The translations under genes and the position numbers were made by a program. This document shows, one piece after another, positions 24,148 to 31,922 of a stretch of DNA of 41,707 nt (positions are counted from its first letter, which is position 1; every line of letters starts with the position of its first letter). The DNA is taken from assembly GCA_025457745.1 (NCBI GenBank), contig JALOTT010000013.1, positions 1-41,707 of the forward strand. The letters are read 5' to 3'. Origin of the DNA: Verrucomicrobiota bacterium (GTDB lineage: Bacteria; Verrucomicrobiota; Verrucomicrobiia; Limisphaerales; JADLHS01). The notes under the pieces were generated by a model. That model made no database searches. It saw nothing but the letters and a program-made list of their open reading frames with translations, and was not told the origin of the DNA.

Positions 24148-24837
24148 CTAATTTGTTGCTGTCGTCAGAGGTTGTGCGAGCAAATTGTTGGTGGGCGGCA
24201 GGGCTGTCGCCTCGTGCCCAGTTGCGGGCTTCGGTGCGGGCTGAACTAAAGGTTCGACCTTCAGTTCGCTTCCCGGAGTCTGTGGCCCAACCGGTGACTG
24301 ATGACCGCCATTCGGCGCACCAGTTGCTGCGTCAGATTTCCAAAACTTGGCGACTATGCCTGCGCATCCAAGAACCACTGCCAGCATCAATGTGATCGCC
24401 CACCGCTTAGCATCGCGAAATTCTTTGATCTGCGCGCCAGCACTGGTCTCCACTCTTTGGACATCCCTTCTAAGGCCGCCAAGCTCACCCTCTACATTCG
24501 CAAGCTTAGCGAGTTCGCCTTTCGCAGCATTGCTCACACCCTCAACCCTTTGAACGTCTTTCCTCAAATTGTCGAGTCCCTGTTCCACGCTCGCGAGTCT
24601 AGTAATGAGTTGTCCGTTTGATTCACTCGCCCGGAGCTTCAACTCACTATCCATCAGCTTCAGTTTGTCATCGAGTTGACCTCGCGTCACAAGTTCTCCG
24701 ACTTTCTGCGCCAGCGCGATGTCCGCTTGGTTAATCCCTTTGCTCTCGTGTTCGCTCTTTATGTTTAGGGAATTGGGCAACAATAGACCTGACTGACTTT
24801 TGGAGTAGTCGTTTGAATTGAAGTTCGCGTCGCCCAT
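24148..24837 (-). CDS. hypothetical coiled-coil protein with one C-proximal transmembrane helix and a Pro-rich tail
   Basis: Internal repeat LRKDVQRVEG / LRRDVQRVET, TM segment WAITLMLAVVLGCAGIVAKFW, SD-like GGGGGA 8 nt before the ATG. Visibly AT-richer than its flanks. Confidence 0.6.
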   Translation of the reverse strand: MGDANFNSNDYSKSQSGLLLPNSLNIKSEHESKGINQADIALAQKVGELVTRGQLDDKLKLMDSELKLRASESNGQLITRLASVEQGLDNLRKDVQRVEGVSNAAKGELAKLANVEGELGGLRRDVQRVETSAGAQIKEFRDAKRWAITLMLAVVLGCAGIVAKFWKSDAATGAPNGGHQSPVGPQTPGSELKVEPLVQPAPKPATGHEATALPPTNNLLAQPLTTATN

Positions 24838-24851
24838 AGCGATTCCCCCTG

Positions 24852-25268
24852 CTAGGATTGATAAGGCTTGAATCTGCGTTGGTCGTAGTGGAACACCACA
24901 AAATCGCCGTCATCCTCAATAAACCCAACGATCAGGTCCAGCGGTTCACGGAAGTAGGCTGATCCAGATTCGTCTGTCTGACCGAGAACGGGAACTCCCA
25001 ACACCTCGACCACAATTCCCGGCTCGCCATAACGAGGCTTCTTCTTGTTTTGTAGCCCTGGCTTCCACTCCACCAGCATGCCTTTCTCAAATGAGTGTCT
25101 CGTATCGAAGGAGGTCAAGAATTCCTTCAACTTGGTGGCGGTGACTTCAGCTGCCTCCTTTGACACCGGAACGGGGTCACCTTCGGCCTCGACGATTTTG
25201 CGGAGCAGCTCTTTCTTGAGCGGATCTCGGAGTGCTTTTGCCAACTCTAGTTTTTCTATTTCTGTCAT
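24852..25268 (-). CDS. hypothetical 138-aa protein (helical N-terminal half, beta-rich C-terminal half)
   Basis: Clean ORF with an AGGA SD. Its stop lies 14 nt before the next ORF's start. No family recognised. Confidence 0.6.
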   Translation of the reverse strand: MTEIEKLELAKALRDPLKKELLRKIVEAEGDPVPVSKEAAEVTATKLKEFLTSFDTRHSFEKGMLVEWKPGLQNKKKPRYGEPGIVVEVLGVPVLGQTDESGSAYFREPLDLIVGFIEDDGDFVVFHYDQRRFKPYQS

Positions 25269-25322
25269 AACGTAGTTCCTTTCACATTTTCACATTTCAG
25301 TTCAGAATCATTGCTCGTGAGG

Positions 25323-27938
25323 TTACAAGTGGCTCGTGTGCGAGGCAAGCAACCCCGCTTGCGGATTGCAGACCGCCTCGTTGAGTTCCGCGACCACTCG
25401 CGGCAAATCGAGGAACAACTTCCTCGCCTTGGCCTTTCCACCTCGCATCTCCAGCAGCGGCGTCAGATCGAAATCTTCCTCATCCATCGAAAGATTTTTC
25501 ACCAAATGCTCGCGGACGAGCGAGAGCCATTGCATCTGCTCCGGCGTCAGCTTGTGCCCACCGATGAATTTCTCCAGTGCCACATTCACTCGTTCCTCGG
25601 CGGTGAGCAGCGGTGATTGCGCGGTTGACGCGTGCTTGACGATGGAGATTACATCCGCCAGCGCTTTGAATCCTTTGGCGCGGTGGGCGCGCTGGAGTTT
25701 CTCCGGTTCAAACCCGTTTTGATGGAGCGTGCGCTTCAGCTCTTCCATCACGGCGGGCCGCCAGTCGCGCGGGTGTTGGAGCAAAACAGAAAGCGCGGTA
25801 ACTTTGTCGGCGTTGGCTTTCACGAACTCGGAGAAGGCGTCGAGATAATCCTCGGCGTTGTCGAACTGGCCGTAGCGTTCAAGTTTCTGCGACGTGACCA
25901 CGTCCTTGTCTTCGATGGTCGTGAGGAAGGTGCGTTTCGCGCGGGGATATTCCAGCAGCAGCTTCTGAAAGTCAGGATTGCGCAGCAGTTTCATCGTGCC
26001 GGCGAAGTCCTGCTTCAGCCGTTGCGGCAGTTCCTTCGCGAATCGGCCCATGTCGCCCTCGAGAATCCACGCCGAGAACTGGGTGCGGGCGTCGGCGTTC
26101 ATGTCCTTGTCAATCCGCAGGAGGCGCTTGGCTAGGATGCGCACGTGGTAATCGCGGTCCACGTTCTGCCAGATGTTTTCGATGACTTCCGGGAGCGTGA
26201 GCGGGGTTTTGCCCGGCGGTTCGAGGTCGAAGCTGGAGACGTTTCGGAAATACTGGATGAGCGTGCCGTCGAAGCAGTCGAACACGACGAACTTGGACTT
26301 GTTGATATCGGGGCAAAGGCGCGTGCCGCGTCCGAGCATCTGCTCCCACAGGATGCGCGACTTGACCGGGCGCAGGAACACGATGAATTCCAGCGCCGGG
26401 ATGTCCACGCCGGTCGAGAGCATGTCCACGGTGACGACGACCTTGGGATTGGGGCGGTTGCGGAATTCGCGGATGCGCTGGAGGGGGCGGTCCACGTTCG
26501 GGTTGCCGGTGATCTTCTGCACGAAGTCGTCGCCCTGCTTGAAAACGGAGCGGCAGGTTTTGACGAGTTGGTCCGCGTGCGAGGTGTGCGGGAGATCGTT
26601 GACCGCGAAGATGAGGATTTTCGGGAAGTGGCCCGTGGTGGCTTCGAGTTGATCCAGTGCTTTCTGGCCGGTGTCGGTGTCCACGCGCTCGACGGTTTCA
26701 CCTTCATTAAGGAAGACGCCGTTCATGCGTACGTCCGACTTGATGGCCACCGGCTCGTAGTCCACGAGGTAGCCGTCGAGGATTCCCTGCTCCACGGTGT
26801 AACGAAACACCGGCGCGCCAAAGACCGCGGTGGTATGCGCGGCAGGGGTGGCGGTGAGGCCAATCTTGATGGCATCGAAGTGATTGAGGGTGTTGCGCCA
26901 GACGCTCATCTCTTGCGCGGTATAGCCGCGATGGCATTCGTCCGCAATGATGATGTCGAATGCGTGGATGGGAATATCGAGTTTGTCGGCGTCGGCCTCG
27001 GCCTCCGTGTCGCCGCCGGACTGCGCGAAGCAGCCCTCGGCGCCGAACAGATTCCGCGCCATGCGCTGGATGGTGGAGACGTAAACGAAGGTGTGCGTTG
27101 ACTTCGGCGCGGTGAGATACTCGTTGGGCAGCACCTTGGGATCGAATGGATCGTCCTCGCCGAAGTCTTCGCGTTGGAATTTCTGGCTGTAAACCTCGTA
27201 TTCGTTCGCAAACTTGTTGCCTTGGGGTGTGTTGAAGGCGTTGAACTCCCGGACGGCTTGGGCCGCGAGCGCCTTCCGATCCACGAGAAAGAGGATGCGT
27301 TTGGCGAACTTGGATTCCAGCAGGCGATAGATCTGAGCGACGGTCAGGAAAGTTTTTCCGGTGCCGGTGGCCAGGGCGAGGAGGATTTCGCGACGACCGG
27401 CGATGATGGCTTGCTCAGTCGCGATGTTGCAGCGGCGTTGGTAATCCCGCAGGCGGGTGATGAGGTCGGGCGGCGTATCAAGCAGCCAGTCGTACGCCGG
27501 CTTGGGATTGAAGGCGAACATGGCTTCCAGCGCCGGCCCGGTGTGGAAATTGGCGAGCTGGCGCGAGACGGGTTTCTCCCCCCGCACATCGAGAAACCAG
27601 ATGATCTCGCCGTTGGTGGCAAACAGGAAGGGCACCCGGAAGCCATTCCAGTTGCCCGGACCGTTGAATGCGCCGGAGGAATACCGCTTGGCCTGCTCCA
27701 GCACGTTCTGCGGATTCACCGTTACCTTTTTGGCTTCGGTGATGCCGAGGAAGTTGCCGTTGACGAAGAGACCATAGTCAGCGGGGCCGTTCTCCGTGGG
27801 CAATTCTTCGACCGCAACGCAGTGGAGAGTGGATAAATCGAGTCCATCGTGGTAGCGGATGATTTGCCACGGCGGCGTGAGCGCACACAGCCGCCGATCA
27901 ATGCGGCTTTTTCGTGTTTGCCATTCTGTTTCGTGCAT
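25323..27938 (-). CDS. hsdR: type I restriction enzyme R subunit HsdR (EcoEI-like with C-terminal helical domain)
   Basis: N-terminal nuclease region (..PADYGLF..GITEAKK), helicase motif I ATGTGKT, motif II IIADECHRG, TATP, motif VI QMLGRGTRL, and an EcoEI_R_C-like tail. Confidence 0.92.
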   Translation of the reverse strand: MHETEWQTRKSRIDRRLCALTPPWQIIRYHDGLDLSTLHCVAVEELPTENGPADYGLFVNGNFLGITEAKKVTVNPQNVLEQAKRYSSGAFNGPGNWNGFRVPFLFATNGEIIWFLDVRGEKPVSRQLANFHTGPALEAMFAFNPKPAYDWLLDTPPDLITRLRDYQRRCNIATEQAIIAGRREILLALATGTGKTFLTVAQIYRLLESKFAKRILFLVDRKALAAQAVREFNAFNTPQGNKFANEYEVYSQKFQREDFGEDDPFDPKVLPNEYLTAPKSTHTFVYVSTIQRMARNLFGAEGCFAQSGGDTEAEADADKLDIPIHAFDIIIADECHRGYTAQEMSVWRNTLNHFDAIKIGLTATPAAHTTAVFGAPVFRYTVEQGILDGYLVDYEPVAIKSDVRMNGVFLNEGETVERVDTDTGQKALDQLEATTGHFPKILIFAVNDLPHTSHADQLVKTCRSVFKQGDDFVQKITGNPNVDRPLQRIREFRNRPNPKVVVTVDMLSTGVDIPALEFIVFLRPVKSRILWEQMLGRGTRLCPDINKSKFVVFDCFDGTLIQYFRNVSSFDLEPPGKTPLTLPEVIENIWQNVDRDYHVRILAKRLLRIDKDMNADARTQFSAWILEGDMGRFAKELPQRLKQDFAGTMKLLRNPDFQKLLLEYPRAKRTFLTTIEDKDVVTSQKLERYGQFDNAEDYLDAFSEFVKANADKVTALSVLLQHPRDWRPAVMEELKRTLHQNGFEPEKLQRAHRAKGFKALADVISIVKHASTAQSPLLTAEERVNVALEKFIGGHKLTPEQMQWLSLVREHLVKNLSMDEEDFDLTPLLEMRGGKAKARKLFLDLPRVVAELNEAVCNPQAGLLASHTSHL

Positions 27939-28004
27939 ACCCGCTTGAGTTCTTGCCGATGTTTTAAGGGAATCGGAGCGAAGTTCAAAGCGGATTCTGA
28001 AAAT

Positions 28005-28080
28005 TGGTGCCCCGGCTAGGGGTCGAACCTAGGACAAACAGATTAAGAGTCTGCTGCTCTACCAACTGAGCTACCGAGGC
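28005..28080 (-). tRNA. tRNA-Lys (anticodon CTT)
   Basis: Hand-folded 76-nt cloverleaf: acceptor GCCTCGG/CCGGGGC, D stem GCTC/GAGC, anticodon stem GCAGA/TCTGT, loop CTCTTAA, T arm CTAGG-TTCGACC-CCTAG, encoded CCA. Confidence 0.88.
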
Positions 28081-28192
28081 AACCAATCAAGCGCGCAGAG
28101 AATCATGCCATCCGGCGGGTTTGTCAATATCGCGGGAAAAGTTACGCGGGAAAGGTCGCCAACCGGCGAGGCGCGGGCCTGCAAGTTCGCGC

Positions 28193-29395
28193 CTATAGTT
28201 TTCCCGGGTGCGTCATCAAGTCGGCCACGCGGGTAAGCAGGCGGCCCGCCGCGCCGCCGTCGAGGACGCGGTGGTCGAAACTCAACGTGATGTTCGCTTC
28301 TACCACCGGCACGAACTGGCCTGTGGCTTCGTCCCAACGCGGCATTTTGCGGCCGGCACCCAGGCCGAGCACGAGGGTTTGCTCCGGCAGCGGAATGGGT
28401 GTGGCCCACATGAGACCAAACGTGCCGAAGTTGGTGACGGTGGCGGTCGAACCGCCCGTGGCGTCGCCGGGCAGCCTGCGTTGACGCGCCAGTTCGATGA
28501 GTTCGTCGTAACGTGTGACGAGCTCCTTGAGCGGTTTCTTGTCCGCGCTGCGGATCACCGGTACCAGCACCCCATCCTCGGCTTCCACCGCGAAGCCCAC
28601 ATCAATCGCCGACGGGTGAACGATTTTATTGCCGACCAGCCGGCCCGCCGGCGCGCTGTTCTCAGCCAGCGCGATGGCCAGCGCGCGCAACGCGTAAAGT
28701 GCAGGACCGGGTTTCGGGCTGGCCTGTTTGCGGTGTGCCAGCAAGGCATCGAGACAAACCGGCAGCCCAACCGTGGCCAGCGGGCGCGTCCAACTGCGGC
28801 GCATCGCGTCGGCCACGGCCACGCGCATAGTTGAGGCTTGCGTGAGTTTTTGTTTTTCGAGGTTGGCGATGTATTTCTCGAAATCTTGAATCGTGACGCG
28901 GCCCGCCGCGCCACTGCCCGCAATGCCGGACAGGTCGGCGGCGTGCAAGCCGAGTTCGTCCATGCGCGCCTTCATGCGCGGGGACATGTAACTCGCGCCC
29001 GCCGCGTGCGCGGGCACCGGCAGACCGCGAATGGTGGGTTTGACGCCGCGTGTTTCGCCAGCGGCGGATGATGAAGCGCCCGTCGCGCGAACTTGCTCGG
29101 TGTCGCCGGTTAGTTTGGGCGAGGGGGTGTCCAGACCGGAACGCGCGGCTTCCTCCGGCGTGGCCTCGAGGTGTCCGAGCATGGCGCCGACGGCGTAGCT
29201 TTCTTTCAACTGCGCGACAAACTCTTCGATCCGCCCGCGGCACGGCGACGCGACGTTCATGTTCGCCTTGTTGGTCTCGACCTCGATGATGTCCTGGCCA
29301 GCCTCGACTTGATCGCCGGGTTTGACGAGAAAGCTGACGATGGTGGCCTCGGCGATGGATTCGCCCAGTTGCGGCATGATGATGGGGATCTGCAT
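28193..29395 (-). CDS. 2-oxoacid dehydrogenase complex E2 (dihydrolipoamide acyltransferase)
   Basis: Lipoyl domain with the ETNKA lysine, a peripheral subunit-binding domain (SPRMKARMDELGL...GSGAAGRVT) and catalytic SFDHRVLDG. Confidence 0.88.
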   Translation of the reverse strand: MQIPIIMPQLGESIAEATIVSFLVKPGDQVEAGQDIIEVETNKANMNVASPCRGRIEEFVAQLKESYAVGAMLGHLEATPEEAARSGLDTPSPKLTGDTEQVRATGASSSAAGETRGVKPTIRGLPVPAHAAGASYMSPRMKARMDELGLHAADLSGIAGSGAAGRVTIQDFEKYIANLEKQKLTQASTMRVAVADAMRRSWTRPLATVGLPVCLDALLAHRKQASPKPGPALYALRALAIALAENSAPAGRLVGNKIVHPSAIDVGFAVEAEDGVLVPVIRSADKKPLKELVTRYDELIELARQRRLPGDATGGSTATVTNFGTFGLMWATPIPLPEQTLVLGLGAGRKMPRWDEATGQFVPVVEANITLSFDHRVLDGGAAGRLLTRVADLMTHPGKL

Positions 29396-29404
29396 GGTAA
29401 AATT

Positions 29405-29494
29405 AAGAATGAAGAATGAAGAATGAAGAATGAAGAATTGAGGCTGAAGTCAGCCGGAGCGCAATCGGAGTATTTGTTTCTTCATTCTTCATTC
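29405..29494. repeat. heptamer tandem repeat (AAGAATG x4 plus one variant) with a downstream inverted partner; intercistronic hairpin
   Basis: 29405-29439 holds five 7-nt units. 29477-29494 (tttcttcattcttcattc) is complementary to 17 nt of the array. Confidence 0.8.
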
Positions 29495-29518
29495 CGCCTT
29501 CTTCCTTCCCATGATGTT

Positions 29519-30484
29519 TCATTGTCTCAGGAGTTTCCGCGCCGCCGCTGCGATGCTGCGGGCGGTGGGACGATGCGCGGCCCAGAGGTTGGGATGAAAC
29601 GGCACGGGTGTGTCTTTGGCATTGAGACGTTGCGGCGGGGCGTCGAGCAACGCGTAACCCTCGCTGGCGACCCGGGCCATGATTTCGGCGGTCACGCCAC
29701 CCCACGGCCAGGATTCGCCCACGCACAGGAGCCGGCCCGTGCGCGCCACGCTGGCCATCACGGTGTCGGTGTCCAGCGGTTTCACCGAGCGCAAGTCCAC
29801 GATCTCGATTTCCCAGCCTTCGGTCTTGAGCTCATCGGCGACGAGGAGCGCCTCGTGCACCATGGCGCTGTAGGCCACGATGGTGAGGTGACGGCCTTCG
29901 CGCGCGATGCGGGCCTTGCCGACGGGCAGGGCCTCCGTGGGCAACGCCTCGGCCTTGAGATGGTAGTAAAGCAGTTTGTGCTCGCAAAAAATCACCGGAT
30001 CATCAATCGCCACGGCTTCGAGCAGCATGCTGTAAGCGTCTTCCACCGTCGCGGGCGTCATTACGATCAGTCCGGGATAATGCGCGTAAACCGACTCCAT
30101 CGTTTGACTGTGAAACGGGCCGCTGCCGGAAGTGCCGCCGCACGGCAGCCGCACGGTGATGGGGCAGGGGACGTTCGTGCGCCAGAAGAGCGTGGCCGCC
30201 TGGTTCACGATCTGGTTGAAACCGGGCGTGGAAAAATCAGCGAACTGCATTTCGATGATGGGCCTCATGCCTTCAATCGCCGCGCCGACGGCCAGGCCCA
30301 TGATGGCATCCTCGCTGATGGGCGCATCCAACACGCGTCCGGGAAATTCATTGGCGAGATTTTTTGTGGCCTTGAACGCGCCGCCGAACGCGCCTACGTC
30401 CTGCCCGTAAATGAACACGCGCGGGTCGTCGGCCAGCGCCCGGGCTTGCGCTTCGCGAATGGCTTCCAGGTAGGTGATGCTCAC
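29519..30484 (-). CDS. 2-oxoacid dehydrogenase E1 component, beta subunit
   Basis: Typical E1-beta N-terminus (ITYLEAIREA...D.RVF.YGQDVG.FGG.F..T) and a transketolase-like C-terminal domain. GTG start. Confidence 0.9.
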   Translation of the reverse strand: MSITYLEAIREAQARALADDPRVFIYGQDVGAFGGAFKATKNLANEFPGRVLDAPISEDAIMGLAVGAAIEGMRPIIEMQFADFSTPGFNQIVNQAATLFWRTNVPCPITVRLPCGGTSGSGPFHSQTMESVYAHYPGLIVMTPATVEDAYSMLLEAVAIDDPVIFCEHKLLYYHLKAEALPTEALPVGKARIAREGRHLTIVAYSAMVHEALLVADELKTEGWEIEIVDLRSVKPLDTDTVMASVARTGRLLCVGESWPWGGVTAEIMARVASEGYALLDAPPQRLNAKDTPVPFHPNLWAAHRPTARSIAAAARKLLRQ

Positions 30485-30490
30485 GATACT

Positions 30491-30580
30491 GAAAGGATGA
30501 AGGATGAAGGATGAAGGATAAAGTTCTCCAGTTTCGGGAAGCGCGCCATGCCGGTTTCATCACTCATAATTCATCCTTCA
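30491..30580. repeat. heptamer tandem repeat (GAAGGAT, about 4 units) with a downstream inverted partner; intercistronic hairpin
   Basis: 30491-30519 is the repeat array. 30568-30580 (aattcatccttca) is complementary to the array. Confidence 0.75.
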
Positions 30581-30590
30581 GACTTGCTAT

Positions 30591-31646
30591 TCATATTCCT
30601 GCGCCGGGGTTGCCGGCATCGTCGTAAGCTTCGCCGAGATGTTTGGACGCCAGCGCGTGCCAGGTTTCGGCGAACGGGTCGGGCGCCGGTTCGCGCTGCA
30701 CTTTGGCGACGGCTTCCTCGACGGTATGCACCGCCTCGCCGCGCCACGCCGACATCGTGGCGGCATCGGCCCAAGCTTGTTGCAGCGAGAATTCCTCGGC
30801 AACCTTCAGGCAATCACGCCCGACGGGCGAGTTTTTCAACTTTGCGTCCAGGTATTCAGCCGCATCGTGTTCGCCGTGACCGCAGAGCCGCAGCAGGCGC
30901 GCGACGATCAATTGCGCGCCGTGGCCGTCCCGCGCGCGCGCCACCGCATCGCCCACGACTTTCAGGCAGGCGGACAAATCCGTTCCATCCACGCCGCGGC
31001 CTTCGACTCCGTAACCCGCCGCGCGGTCGAGCAAGGAGCGGCACGCGAACTGGCGCGAATTCGGCGTGGAATAGGCGTATTGATTGTTGGCCACGATGAG
31101 CACCAGCGGAAGTTTTTCCACGGCGGCCTGGTTCAACGCCTCGTGAAACGCGCCAGTCGAGGTGGCACCGTCGCCGATGGACGCCGCGCCCACGGTGCCC
31201 TGGACGCCTTTCATGCGCCGGGCGAACAGCGCGCCGTTGACGACGGAAATCATCGCGCCCAAATGACTGATCATGGGGAGGAGACCTTGTTGCGGGCGGC
31301 CCCGATGGACGTTGCCATCGCGCCCGCGCATGGGGCCGAGGGCTGAGCCGAAATAGGTGCGCACCGCGTCGAGAATCGGCTCGCCGAAAGCCATGCGCCC
31401 GGCCTGGTCGCGAATCAACGGCGCGAAAATATCTCCTTTCCGCAATGCCAGGCCGGTCGCGACGCTCAACGCTTCCTGGCCGCGTCCGAGAAAAACGCCG
31501 CCGGTGATTTTGCCGGCGCGATAAAGGCTGGCGAACTTCTCGTCCAGCACACGCGCCAGCAGCATCAGGCGAAACGCCTTGAGGTACGTGGCGCGTATTG
31601 GGGACACATCCGTCACCGGTCCCGGGTTGAGCACCGTCTGAACCAT
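30591..31646 (-). CDS. 2-oxoacid dehydrogenase E1 component, alpha subunit (TPP-dependent)
   Basis: TPP-binding GDG(A)TS...NN motif (IGDGATSTGAFHEALNQAAVEKLPLVLIVANNQYA) and the E1-alpha layout. Confidence 0.88.
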   Translation of the reverse strand: MVQTVLNPGPVTDVSPIRATYLKAFRLMLLARVLDEKFASLYRAGKITGGVFLGRGQEALSVATGLALRKGDIFAPLIRDQAGRMAFGEPILDAVRTYFGSALGPMRGRDGNVHRGRPQQGLLPMISHLGAMISVVNGALFARRMKGVQGTVGAASIGDGATSTGAFHEALNQAAVEKLPLVLIVANNQYAYSTPNSRQFACRSLLDRAAGYGVEGRGVDGTDLSACLKVVGDAVARARDGHGAQLIVARLLRLCGHGEHDAAEYLDAKLKNSPVGRDCLKVAEEFSLQQAWADAATMSAWRGEAVHTVEEAVAKVQREPAPDPFAETWHALASKHLGEAYDDAGNPGAGI

Positions 31647-31922
31647 GCGGAAAATTTACGCAGCCTGGGCCGGGCGTGGCAATGCTTCTTTGTGCGGTGA
31701 CTGTCTTGAAGCCGAATGGATTTGTCTCGTTTCAAGCCAAGGGTACGCGTGACGCATGGCGGAAATCGCACGCGCCGAAATCCCGCGCCACCCAAAGCGT
31801 CTCGAATCAGGAACAAACCCGAAACCCATGGGATTCCTGAAATACGCAGTGGTCTTTCGGCGGGAGTTGGTGTTGAATGTGCTGAAACATCCTGGATTCG
31901 CGCCCTTTAGACCGATGTACCA

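Noticed and set aside
29405-30519. Short tandem repeats considered as a possible CRISPR array
   Set aside because: The units are only 7 nt, directly abutting with no spacers, and arranged as hairpins with an inverted partner. There is no CRISPR-like repeat-spacer periodicity anywhere in the window and there are no cas genes.
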